From positions 1-41,604 of the forward strand of contig JBFMBF010000010.1 in assembly GCA_040755315.1 (NCBI GenBank): a DNA stretch of 41,604 nt, given 5' to 3'. Under the pieces are notes generated by a model, which was given only the letters and a program-made list of their open reading frames with translations, made no database searches and was not told the origin of the DNA. A program made the translations under genes and the position numbers. This document shows, one piece after another, positions 1 to 8,809 of the stretch. The DNA comes from Candidatus Hadarchaeota archaeon. GTDB taxonomy: Archaea > Hadarchaeota > Hadarchaeia > Hadarchaeales > Hadarchaeaceae. The stretch's first letter is position 1; each line of letters opens with the position of its first letter.

Positions 1-94
1 TAGCTAACTGCGAGGCCGAAAGGCTGTGTACAGTTAGTGAATTCTGCCCAGTGGCGGTACGTGAAAGCCCAGTCCAATGGGTAGAAGCGCCGCC

Positions 95-127
<33 letters not shown>

Positions 128-539
128 GACACATGTTGCCTTAACAAAATCTGGCTGTATGCTGGGAAACCTGAGAATCCCGCACTACCCATCGAATACT
201 TTCGGAGACCTCTCTAGAAAAGAGGTTTTAGAACAGTGGGATTCAGATAATGGGTGACAATGTGACGGGTGCAGGCAATCAGCAGGAAAGGCTAGACGCC
301 GCTTGGATAGTTGGTTTCGTCGATGGAGAAGGATGTCCTTACGAAGGAAGGGCTCCACAAAATAGTTGAGCTAGCTTCTGAGATGAACAGACGAACCAAA
401 AGGTATTGCATCTAGAATCCTCAGAGACTGTACGCCAGATGCCTTCAAAAGGCAAAGATACAGTCCGACCTCCACAGCGATGTGGAGAGGCTGGCAGAAA
501 TGACCAGCCCGCCTTTGAAAGGAGGTAGCAACAAAAGTG
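128..539 (+). mobile_element. Group I self-splicing intron (IB-like) in 23S rRNA at E. coli-equivalent L1931
   Basis: Removing 128-539 restores CTTAAGGT|AGCG. 5' exon ends in U127 and intron ends in G539. IGS GCCTTAA (138-144) pairs with exon TTAAGGT. P3 ATCTGGC(149-155)/GCCAGAT(434-440); P/Q ATGCTGG...AATCAGCAG; R TCAGAGACTGTA and S AAGATACAGTCC form P7; P8 and P9 hairpins present. Confidence 0.93.
250..415 (+). pseudogene. Degenerate intron-encoded LAGLIDADG homing endonuclease (internal deletion plus frameshift)
   Basis: ATG250 reads MGDNVTGAGNQQERLDAAWIVGFVDGEGC (LAGLIDADG motif), then stops at 367-369. The +1 frame from 338 reads LTKEGLHKIVELASEMNR, which resembles the C-terminal helix of single-motif LAGLIDADG enzymes. 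Confidence 0.82.
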
Positions 540-546
540 AGCGTAA

Positions 547-578
<32 letters not shown>

Positions 579-1153
579 GGAATCAACGAGCCCCCCACTG
601 TCCCGGTCCGGAACTCGGTGAACCTGCTAGCCGGCGCACATGCCGGGGTCCCCCGAAGGGAAACAAAGACCCCGTGGACCTTTACTGCAGCCTGTCGTTG
701 GGGTACGGTTGTGATTGCAGAGCGTAGGCGGGAGCCTTCGAAGCTGGGCCTTCGGGTCCAGTTGAGGCGACGATGTAACACCGCCCTCTCGCGACTGCGC
801 TTCTAACCTCGAAAGGGAGACAGCAGCAGGTGGGCAGTTTCGCTGGGGCGGCAGTCCCTCGAAAATGTAACAAGGGAGCCCAAAGGTCGGCTCAGGCGGG
901 TCAGAAGTCCGCCGTAGAGGGCAAGGCCAAAAGCCGGCCTGACTGTGAGCTCATTACCAAGGCTCGCAGGAGCGAAAGCTTGGCCTAGCGAACCTGAGTG
1001 TCCTTATTGATGAGGGCCTCAGATGACAGAAAAGGTACCCCGGGGATAACAGAGTTGTCGCGGGCGAGAGTCCCCATCGACCCCGCGGTTTGCTACCTCG
1101 ATGTCGGTTCTTTCCATCCTGGCCGTGTAGCAGCGGCCAAGGGTAGGGTTGTT

Positions 1154-1206
<53 letters not shown>

Positions 1207-1589
1207 ATGCTATCTTTCGGGGGTGTTTGGTGCCTGAGGGAAAGGCGTCCCTAGTACGAGAGGAACAGGATGCCGGCGCCTCTAGTTTACCGGCTGTCCG
1301 ACAGGGCAGGCCGGGTAGCCACGCGCTGGTTGATAAGGCCTGAAAGCATCTAAGGCCGAAGCAATCCCTAAAAATAGGCACCATTCCAGAGGCCCGCAAG
1401 GGTCTCTGGTGAAGGGCAGGGGCTAGAAGACCCCGTTGATAGGCCGGGGGTGTAAGCACGAAGCTTCGGCGACGTGTTCAGCCCACCGGTACTAACAGTC
1501 CAAAGTTTTCCATTGTCTGACAGGCGCTGGGACGACCCATGCACGGCGTCACTTTTACACGCGATTTAAATTTACAAAAAAAGGAACCA

Positions 1590-2591
1590 TTACTTTTCTT
1601 CCGCGGCTTCGTGCGCGTGCTCGGCTTCTCTGTGGTCGACCTCTCTCAGGAGTTCCTTCACGCGTTTGATAAGGTCTTGCTCGTTGTTTGACCTAGCCAT
1701 CTCATGGACGTCTGAAAAGAGGCCGTCCTGAATCCTTGCCATCCATGCCACATACTGGCTGTTTTCCACGTCATATCCCACGAGCACTCCACTGACAACT
1801 TTGCCCTCCTGAAGCTTCCAGAACTGGGCTGGCAGCTCTGGGTCTGTTATGACGCGGGACCACCCTAGGGGCCACCACCCCGTAAGCGAGAACTTCATCC
1901 CTTTTGCCTTGACCTTCAGGGCCTCGTAGTTCACCTTCTCCTCTTTGTGGAACTCCAAGCGCCTGGAGACCTTCTCAAGCTGCTCCTGCGGCTTTGCGGA
2001 AATTTGCGGGACTATCGTGGGCCTGCTGGCGATTGGGGCCTTTACACCCGCTGAGCGAGGCACTATAGATGCATACTTTTCCTTGGGGCCAGCGTCCTCT
2101 GGTTTCACCAAACCTGAGGGGATGATTGAAGGTACTGGCTTGGTCGGGGCCGAGGAAAAAATGGCCACAGTTTTTGGAACCAACCCCTCGGAAGTTGCAG
2201 GTTTTTCAACCGGGCCGACACCGCCTCCGCCAATTGCAAGTGTGTCCCTTCTGACGATCAATGGTGTCTCCCAGGAATGCTTGGCCTCAGTGATTTTCAC
2301 TGGCCCGGCCTTTGCCACGGCTTTCGGAGCTCTGGTCGGGGCTACACCTGGTTTGGGAATTGTAAAAGGACGCAGCTCAAGCGATGGTTTGGCAACCGGC
2401 TTGGGCGGCGGGGCCCAGGTCAAAAAAATAACTCCCGCAACAAGCGGCAGCAGCATGACGGAAAACAGCAGGAGGCCGCTCTGCTCCGAAGCCGATTTTG
2501 CCTGCATTGAAAGCCAGAACAGGACGAACTCCACTGAAATTACTCCAGCCATCGCCAAATTTATTACTCGCAAGATTCCACAAACTATCAT
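1590..2591 (-). CDS. Hypothetical membrane protein (two N-terminal hydrophobic segments, long Pro/Lys/Ser-rich linker, C-terminal globular domain)
   Basis: 333-aa ORF filling the gap between the rRNA and the ferredoxin; T-run terminator-like sequence downstream on the minus strand; no family recognised; start uncertain. Confidence 0.7.
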   Translation of the reverse strand: MIVCGILRVINLAMAGVISVEFVLFWLSMQAKSASEQSGLLLFSVMLLPLVAGVIFLTWAPPPKPVAKPSLELRPFTIPKPGVAPTRAPKAVAKAGPVKITEAKHSWETPLIVRRDTLAIGGGGVGPVEKPATSEGLVPKTVAIFSSAPTKPVPSIIPSGLVKPEDAGPKEKYASIVPRSAGVKAPIASRPTIVPQISAKPQEQLEKVSRRLEFHKEEKVNYEALKVKAKGMKFSLTGWWPLGWSRVITDPELPAQFWKLQEGKVVSGVLVGYDVENSQYVAWMARIQDGLFSDVHEMARSNNEQDLIKRVKELLREVDHREAEHAHEAAEEK

Positions 2592-2660
2592 TGGCGTGGT
2601 TGTTTAAAGAAGGCGCAGATGCAAGTTCAAAAGGCTCTGGCACTGGCCGCTACTGAACTT

Positions 2661-2837
2661 TTATGGAAAGCTTATTGCGCTGTGCGGGCACGAAGCCTCG
2701 CAAGCGCGGCACTCTATGCAGTCAGCCGGCCTGGCGACAATCGCCTTGCCATTCACTATGTCAAAAACATTGGTCGGGCATACCTCGGCGCATGAGCCAG
2801 CTCCCTGGCATTTTTTCAAATTCACTGTTGGAGGCAT
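2661..2837 (-). CDS. Small dicluster ferredoxin (58 aa), missed by the ORF track
   Basis: Manual translation MPPTVNLKKCQGAGSCAEVCPTNVFDIVNGKAIVARPADCIECRACEASCPHSAISFP; CxxAxxCxxxCP and CxxCxxCxxxCP motifs; ATG overlaps the rps17e stop (TAATG). Confidence 0.9.
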   Translation of the reverse strand: MPPTVNLKKCQGAGSCAEVCPTNVFDIVNGKAIVARPADCIECRACEASCPHSAISFP

Positions 2838-3031
2838 TATTCTTTCCTCCCACTTTTCAAAAGGGTGCTTATATAACCCGCTATCCTGTTGCGAAGAGGC
2901 TTGTTCAACTGAGGCAGCAGCTCGTCTACAACCAAGCGGTTCTGCCTGAAATCCCCTGAGAATCTAGCTGGGTAATTCTCCACCAGCTGCCGCGCCGCCC
3001 TTTTTATGTAAGTAGGCCTTACTCTGCCCAA
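2837..3031 (-). CDS. rps17e: 30S ribosomal protein eS17
   Basis: MGRVRPTYIKR...LRNRIAGYI signature. Confidence 0.95.
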   Translation of the reverse strand: MGRVRPTYIKRAARQLVENYPARFSGDFRQNRLVVDELLPQLNKPLRNRIAGYISTLLKSGRKE

Positions 3032-3035
3032 TTCA

Positions 3036-4394
3036 TCACCCCGCTGGGTTAATTTTTGTTGATAAATGCTTTGCTCTTCCGGCTATTTTCAGGGCTAGGC
3101 TGGCTACCTCCACGGCGGAGCTTCCCAAAAGTCGGACCATGGCCTCCTTCCCCTTACCTCCCTCGTCGAAGATGACCTGGGGGACCATCCCGGCCCGCCT
3201 GATAGCCTGCTCTGTGCCCCATACCATAGTCTTCACACCACGCGGCTCCCTCCGCCTTTCGAAGTTCCCAACTGATAGCCCCACCCTTCTGCACACCCTG
3301 ACAACCTCTGGAGAATAACGGATGTTCAATCCCGCCCTTTTTGTTCGGTCGTGGCGCATCGCGGTGATGACGATGTTTGCAACGTGCATCGAGCCTCCAA
3401 GCGTTGGGAATCCTGTCAGGCGGGGGCGGCCTTCAACTCTGATGATCCTGCCGGAAAGCCCCACGACATCAGATGGGGTTTCAGCCCACGGCATGGCCAT
3501 CACTATGTTTGAACCGACCTGCGGGATTAGGTGAACAAAATCTTTAGAGTCCGCGAGCATTCTGGCAGCCAGCCACACATCGCTGAGGGCTCGCCCCACC
3601 TCGGCCTCACGGATGAGCGATGCCATCTGGTTCACGGGCTTTACTCCTCGCCCTACACCCAAGCTGTTCTTTATGGATGCTGTCATGAATTCCCTCGCGC
3701 TCGCCACCGCATCTTCAAGCCTTTTCCCTTTCGCCATCTCCGCGGTTATCGCCGATGAATATGTGCAGCCCGTGCCGTGGGTCATCCCGGCGCCGACCCT
3801 TGGCCCAGTGTACATCCTGACCTTGCCACCGTGAAACAGCACATCAGTCACTGTCTTTCCAGGCATGTGGCCGCCCTTGACCAGGACAGCGCGCGGACCC
3901 AGCTTTGAAATGTCTCTCGCGGCCTTCTCCATGTCTCTCACTGAGCGGATCCTCATGGTGGCCATCCTCTCGGCCTCGTGTATATTTGGGGTGACGACTT
4001 CTGCGTCCGAAACAAGCTTCAGCAAGGCATCGAGCGCTTCATCTTTCATGAGAGGGGAACCACTGGCGGCCACCATCACGGGATCCACCACCAGATTTAG
4101 GCCATGTTTTTTCGCCCCCTTCTTGACCGCCTGAATTATCTTTGAGTTGTGGAGCATCCCGGTCTTTGCCCATCTCACTTCAAAATCTTTCATGACCGAG
4201 TCAAGCTGCTTCCCCACGAAATCCGGTGGCAGCTCATGAACGGCATCGACTCCTAGGGTGTTCTGGGCCGTTACAGCTGTGACGACGCACAACCCGTGGA
4301 CGCCGAAAGCTGCGAAAGTTTTCAAATCTGCCTGTATCCCTGCCCCGCCTCCCGAGTCCGAGCCGGCCATCGTCAAAGCACATGGCACCTTCAA
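3036..4394 (-). CDS. thiDN: Bifunctional HMP/HMP-P kinase / thiamine-phosphate synthase (ThiD-ThiN fusion)
   Basis: [31 protein letters not shown]-terminal ThiN domain ([20 protein letters not shown]). Confidence 0.92.
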   Translation of the reverse strand: MKVPCALTMAGSDSGGGAGIQADLKTFAAFGVHGLCVVTAVTAQNTLGVDAVHELPPDFVGKQLDSVMKDFEVRWAKTGMLHNSKIIQAVKKGAKKHGLNLVVDPVMVAASGSPLMKDEALDALLKLVSDAEVVTPNIHEAERMATMRIRSVRDMEKAARDISKLGPRAVLVKGGHMPGKTVTDVLFHGGKVRMYTGPRVGAGMTHGTGCTYSSAITAEMAKGKRLEDAVASAREFMTASIKNSLGVGRGVKPVNQMASLIREAEVGRALSDVWLAARMLADSKDFVHLIPQVGSNIVMAMPWAETPSDVVGLSGRIIRVEGRPRLTGFPTLGGSMHVANIVITAMRHDRTKRAGLNIRYSPEVVRVCRRVGLSVGNFERRREPRGVKTMVWGTEQAIRRAGMVPQVIFDEGGKGKEAMVRLLGSSAVEVASLALKIAGRAKHLSTKINPAG

Positions 4395-5665
4395 ACCAGC
4401 ACCCCTTCCAGATATGTTGACGTTGCCCCGACTATTTTTACATTTACGAAATCACCGAGGCGTCCGCCCTGGACAACCACGGGTGTGTAGTTCGACAGTC
4501 TAGCCGTACTGCCTCCCTTTTTCCCAGTTTCCACCACGAGAACCCTTTCCACCCGCCCCACGCATGAACTGTTTATCTCACGCCCGATTTTGTGAGACAA
4601 CACATCGAGGGGACGGGAGCGCTTGATCACTTCCCTGCCGTTCATCTGTGGCATCCCGGCGGCTTCCGTCCCCGGCATGGGAGAAAAGCGAGAGATGTTG
4701 ACCTTGTTTGGCCTGACCTTCCTAACTAGCTCATATGTGTGCCTGAACTCCTCCTCGCCCTCGCCGGGATAACCAACGATGACATCTGTGCACAGGTAGA
4801 TGTCCCCAAAATTGTCTCTGAACGCCTCAACTACTTCAAGAAAATCATCAACCGTGTAATCCCGTTTCATGGACTCCAGCACGACATCATCACCACTCTG
4901 GACGGGCAGGTGCAGGAACTTGTACACCTTATCGCTTCTGTAGGCATCAAGAAGGCCAGGCAACAGCCGCTTTGCGAAAGAGGGATTCATCATGCCTACC
5001 CGTATCCTGAAGTCCCCTGGAATTGAAGAAATCCCGTTGATGAGGGAGGGCAGGTTGGAGCCTATGTCTGCTCCGTATGCGGCCGTGTCTTGGGCCGTTA
5101 TCTTGATCTCCCTGTAGCCCGAACGGAGGGCCAACCTGACTTCTTCCTTGATGGAGTCCGGCGAGTAGCTCTTAAGGGCGCCCCTTGCCAGCCTGACCGA
5201 GCAGTAGCTGCAGCTGGAGAGGCACCCCTCGGCTATAGCAACTATCGCGCTAACGGGGCCGCTTCTGGCTTTTGGCATCAGGGGCCTTTCGCATGGCGCC
5301 TGTTCCAAAAGTTTCAGTTTGGAATCGCCGGCTTGGACTTTTTCAACTATCCTTCCAATCGATGAAACCGCTCGGCAGGAAGTGATGCACGCAAACGAAC
5401 CTAGTTTCTCTATCGAGCTCAGATCCACAAGGGGGAGGCACCCTGCCACTACTATAGGCTTCCCGTTGACCCTCTTCAAATCTGCCAACCTGCGTAGCAC
5501 TCGCCGCTGTGTCTTTCCCTTGACGGCGCAGGTGTTCACTATCAAAATATCCGCCTGGCCTACTTCCATGACCGGCTTGTGGCCCATGCCTGCCAGCTGT
5601 CCTAGCATGGTCTCGGTGTCGCCTTGGTTCATGGTGCAGCCGAACGTTTCGCAGTACACCTTCAT
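4391..5665 (-). CDS. mtaB: tRNA t6A37 methylthiotransferase (MiaB-like radical SAM, archaeal e-MtaB/CDKAL1 type)
   Basis: [11 protein letters not shown]0004 domain, [18 protein letters not shown] radical SAM motif, HLPVQSG, C-terminal TRAM domain. Confidence 0.88.
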   Translation of the reverse strand: MKVYCETFGCTMNQGDTETMLGQLAGMGHKPVMEVGQADILIVNTCAVKGKTQRRVLRRLADLKRVNGKPIVVAGCLPLVDLSSIEKLGSFACITSCRAVSSIGRIVEKVQAGDSKLKLLEQAPCERPLMPKARSGPVSAIVAIAEGCLSSCSYCSVRLARGALKSYSPDSIKEEVRLALRSGYREIKITAQDTAAYGADIGSNLPSLINGISSIPGDFRIRVGMMNPSFAKRLLPGLLDAYRSDKVYKFLHLPVQSGDDVVLESMKRDYTVDDFLEVVEAFRDNFGDIYLCTDVIVGYPGEGEEEFRHTYELVRKVRPNKVNISRFSPMPGTEAAGMPQMNGREVIKRSRPLDVLSHKIGREINSSCVGRVERVLVVETGKKGGSTARLSNYTPVVVQGGRLGDFVNVKIVGATSTYLEGVLV

Positions 5666-5669
5666 ACAG

Positions 5670-5695
5670 TTTTATTAGAACTTCAGGCAATAAAA
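5670..5695. promoter_or_regulatory. Overlapping divergent TATA-like boxes for mtaB and gch3
   Basis: TTTTATT(5670-5676)-N12-AATAAAA(5689-5695) within a 42-bp intergenic gap, each ~25-35 nt upstream of one start codon. Confidence 0.45.
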
Positions 5696-5707
5696 TTAGA
5701 GGTCTAC

Positions 5708-6466
5708 ATGAAGAAAATCCAGATGACCTTGATACAGCTGGACAATTACGGGCCATGGACAGTGGCGCCCAGGCCCAAACCAGAGGCGGAGCTCCAAACC
5801 CTCCAAGCCGAGCTTCTGGCAGAGCTGGAGCGACAGTTTGGGAAGAGAGAGGCACTGGTTTTCTCAACAAGGCTGGACAACTTCCTTGCCATCACGAATG
5901 GCGTCTCTCTCAAGATGCACAAGGATATCATGGACGTTGTGAACCAGAAGTTCCCTGTCAGCGTGAGCATGGGGGTCGGAGCGGCCGAAACCCCATACAA
6001 GGCGCAGGTCCTCGCGACCCTTGCCCTCCAAAAGGCCGGAGGCAGCAGGTCGCCGACTCGGAGAGGGGCGCTGGCGGGAGAGGATGTCGCGGGAGCGGAT
6101 GAAGACTGGGTACAGATTGCACACATGGACGTGAACCATTCAACACTCTTCACGGATAGCGAGCCGATTTACGACACACACATGCTGATTCAGAAGACAA
6201 ACTTGGCGCTGATGTCTGCCCTTGCATGGAAGGATGCGCTTGTCTTTTACACTGGCGGGGACAATTTCATGGCCGCTTCAAACGGCGTCGGGGCCGATGA
6301 CCTTGCTGGAGTTTTCTCGAAGGTGAAGCAAGAGTTGGGGATAGAGCTGAAGGCGGGAGTGGGTGCCGCCCGCACAGCCGCTAAAGCCGCGCAGCTGGCG
6401 AGCGAGGAGCTCCACCAAATCAGAAAAGGCAACGCGAATGGAAACATTTCTTTCAGGGAAGTTTAA
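5708..6466 (+). CDS. gch3: GTP cyclohydrolase III (IIa), archaeal riboflavin pathway
   Basis: IQLDNYGPWT, RLDNFLA, IAHMDVN, GGDNFMA, LKAGVG motifs; start reassigned to ATG5708. Confidence 0.9.
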   Translation: MKKIQMTLIQLDNYGPWTVAPRPKPEAELQTLQAELLAELERQFGKREALVFSTRLDNFLAITNGVSLKMHKDIMDVVNQKFPVSVSMGVGAAETPYKAQVLATLALQKAGGSRSPTRRGALAGEDVAGADEDWVQIAHMDVNHSTLFTDSEPIYDTHMLIQKTNLALMSALAWKDALVFYTGGDNFMAASNGVGADDLAGVFSKVKQELGIELKAGVGAARTAAKAAQLASEELHQIRKGNANGNISFREV

Positions 6467-6614
6467 CACCTAAAATCACAACGCTGTTCTCAAGTACGAT
6501 TCAACCGGGAGGTCACCGTGGGGGCGATGGGTTGAAAGCATAGGGGAGAAAGAAAAATCGGGCAAATGTCGGAGAGTTATGCAACACAGCAGGAATTTAC
6601 AAATCCAAAAAGCC

Positions 6615-6703
6615 TGGCGCCGGGGAGGGGATTTGAACCCCTGCTACCCTTGCGGGTAACGAGCTCTCCAGGCTCGCGCCTTACCTGGCTGGGCCACCCC
6701 GGC
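6615..6703 (-). tRNA. tRNA-Ser(GGA) with encoded CCA
   Basis: GCCGGGG/CCCCGGC acceptor stem, anticodon arm CGAGC-CTGGAGA-GCTCG, long variable arm, T loop GGTTCAAATCC, discriminator G followed by CCA. Confidence 0.95.
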
Positions 6704-6784
6704 ACTGTTTCTACATGTGCTTTGGCGCTATATTATTTTGCTATCAACAATGCGGCGCAAGTCAGTATTCCAATCGGAGTCGCG

Positions 6785-7768
6785 CTACTTCCACTGCCGC
6801 GGGTATACGCCGACGGGCATCACCACCCTTTCGGGCTTCGCGACTATCCCGTGCTCCGCCTCTAAAATCTGCTTGGAATTCATGACTGCCTTTGCCAGCT
6901 CGACTAGCTCCCCTTTCAGGGTCATGACGGCCACCAGTTCTCCCTCGGAAATTCCCGTCTCCACAGTCAGCACTCCTGGGGCAGCCAGGCTGGCCCCCTG
7001 GCACAGGGCTTCCACCGCCCCGTCCCTCACGACTATCTTCGAAAGGTGCCCCACGGAATCTTCAACCGGCAGTATGGCCCTGCGCAGGTGCGTCTCGTCG
7101 CCATTCTCCTTCCAGAATGCATAAGCGTCCGCGAGGTCGTGCAGCCTCACAGCATTTTCTTCCGTGAAAGGTCCTGTCTTGGTTCTCCTCAGCTCGCTCA
7201 TGTGCGCCCCACAGCCCAAGGCCCTCCCAATGTCGTGAACAAGCTTTCTCATGTATGTCCCCGCCTCGCACCCCACCCTGATCAGAACGCTGTTGTCTTC
7301 CCTCTCCAGCATCTCGAGATAGTAAATCTTCCTCGTGCGGGTCACCCTCCTTACTGCCGCGCGGAGGGGTGGTCTCTGGTAAATTTCTCCGGTAAATTCT
7401 CGAATCACCTGTTCAAGCCTGTGCTGTGGGATGGCCCCGTGTAACCTCATCGAGCACACATATTCCTTGCCCGCCTGAAGCAGCGACTGCAGAACCTTTG
7501 TCGCGTCCTCCAGAGCGACCGGCAAAACCCCGCTAACGGCAGGGTCGAGCGTCCCGCTGTGCCCAGCCCGCCTCAGCTCCAGCACCCTCTTAACCCACGC
7601 CACCACCTCGTGGGAGGTCGGCCCCGGCGGCTTGTCAAGGTTTATCACCCCAAACTTGATGTGCTGCAACATCTTCCGCTTGGAAGGCTCGCACCCGTGC
7701 GCAGGGTCCGTGGTATCCTGCCCCTTCACCAAGACCTGTCGTCTTACTTCCGAGGGTAGCCTACCCAA
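6785..7768 (-). CDS. cbf5: H/ACA RNA-guided / tRNA pseudouridine synthase Cbf5
   Basis: LDKPPGPTSHEV, GHSGTLDP, GTYMRKL, C-terminal PUA domain. Confidence 0.95.
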   Translation of the reverse strand: MGRLPSEVRRQVLVKGQDTTDPAHGCEPSKRKMLQHIKFGVINLDKPPGPTSHEVVAWVKRVLELRRAGHSGTLDPAVSGVLPVALEDATKVLQSLLQAGKEYVCSMRLHGAIPQHRLEQVIREFTGEIYQRPPLRAAVRRVTRTRKIYYLEMLEREDNSVLIRVGCEAGTYMRKLVHDIGRALGCGAHMSELRRTKTGPFTEENAVRLHDLADAYAFWKENGDETHLRRAILPVEDSVGHLSKIVVRDGAVEALCQGASLAAPGVLTVETGISEGELVAVMTLKGELVELAKAVMNSKQILEAEHGIVAKPERVVMPVGVYPRQWK

Positions 7769-7771
7769 TCT

Positions 7772-8008
7772 TCACACCCGGCCAGCTTCGACGGCTTCTA
7801 GGGCCCTCTTCACTTCTTCGTCCGATGCCCCGCTGGATATCTCAAGCTTGAGTTCAGTGGGCTCCAGGTGCGTGATGTTGCACCTCTTCCTCTTCATACC
7901 AAGCCCGCTCACAATCACGAAATTCTTGTCAAGGACCTCGACGATCGCGCACTTCTTTCCGGCGTCCTTCCCAGCCACCTTCACGCAGACCCTACCAACA
8001 TCCATCAC
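7772..8008 (-). CDS. rpl14e: 50S ribosomal protein eL14
   Basis: VGRVCVKVAGKDAGKKC...NITHLEPT; conserved position after cmk. Confidence 0.93.
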   Translation of the reverse strand: MMDVGRVCVKVAGKDAGKKCAIVEVLDKNFVIVSGLGMKRKRCNITHLEPTELKLEISSGASDEEVKRALEAVEAGRV

Positions 8009-8012
8009 AATC

Positions 8013-8549
8013 TCAAGACCTCCTCCCGACTGTAACTGCTACCGCAGTATTCAATATCTTCGTCATCTCCTTAATGGAAAGCCTTCCGGTGTTCAGCACC
8101 AGGTCAAAAGGCGAGTAGTCGTTGACATCTATCCTGTAAAACTTCTTGAAGCGCCAAGCCTCGCTCCGCTCCCTGACCCTGGTCTCGTTCAGAACTTCCT
8201 TGTACCTGCGCTTCTCCCTTCTCGCTATCCTCCTTGCCCTGACTTCAAGCGGTGCTGTCAACAATATCCTTGAGTCGGCATTTTTCGCCATCCAGCCAGC
8301 AAGCCTCGCGTCAATCAGCACATTCCCCAGCCTTGATGCGTCCGCCGTCCTTCGGTCAATCATCCTGTCAATGTGCGGGCGCTTTTCGGAGTACTTGGAG
8401 AACTCGTCCAGGCTCATGTTTTTCTCTTTTGCCATCTGCCTGAAAACCTCCCCCGCGCAAATGTACTTGAGCCTGAATTTTTTTGCCAATTTTTTTGCCG
8501 CTGTTGTCTTCCCGGTTCCGTGAAGCCCGCTTATTGCCACCACAACCAC
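8013..8549 (-). CDS. cmk: Cytidylate kinase (archaeal)
   Basis: ISGLHGTGKTT P-loop, AGEVFR, ARLAGW; conserved synteny. Confidence 0.92.
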   Translation of the reverse strand: MVVVAISGLHGTGKTTAAKKLAKKFRLKYICAGEVFRQMAKEKNMSLDEFSKYSEKRPHIDRMIDRRTADASRLGNVLIDARLAGWMAKNADSRILLTAPLEVRARRIARREKRRYKEVLNETRVRERSEAWRFKKFYRIDVNDYSPFDLVLNTGRLSIKEMTKILNTAVAVTVGRRS

Positions 8550-8553
8550 GACA

Positions 8554-8808
8554 TCACTCCCTGGCCAGCTGCTTCAGCCGCTCCCTTGAACACGAGGCGC
8601 AGAGATTTCCGGAGAGTGGCCTGTTCGGCCTCCTAGAACTCTTTGGAAGATATCTGGCATTGATGGGCATCCCGCCCAATGGCCTGCCGCAAGAAAAGCA
8701 CTTGGCGACGGCAGCCTTCCTCACTTTATATTGGATGCTTGACTTCCCAGAGGGAGTCCTGACATGTTTTTTTCTGTACCTGAAAGTTCTATGTCTGCGC
8801 GCCGGCAT
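8554..8808 (-). CDS. rpl34e: 50S ribosomal protein eL34
   Basis: VRTPSG, CxxCG...RRPNRP..GxLCxxC. Confidence 0.93.
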   Translation of the reverse strand: MPARRHRTFRYRKKHVRTPSGKSSIQYKVRKAAVAKCFSCGRPLGGMPINARYLPKSSRRPNRPLSGNLCASCSRERLKQLARE

Positions 8809-8809
8809 G

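Noticed and set aside
128..539. Bulge-helix-bulge (endonuclease-spliced) archaeal rRNA intron
   Set aside because: Ends do not form a long terminal stem with a BHB motif; the group I core (IGS, P3, P7, omega-G) explains the sequence
1945..2607. 220-aa plus-strand ORF
   Set aside because: Antisense shadow of the 1590-2591 gene
6566..6865. 99-aa plus-strand ORF
   Set aside because: Antisense to tRNA-Ser and the end of cbf5
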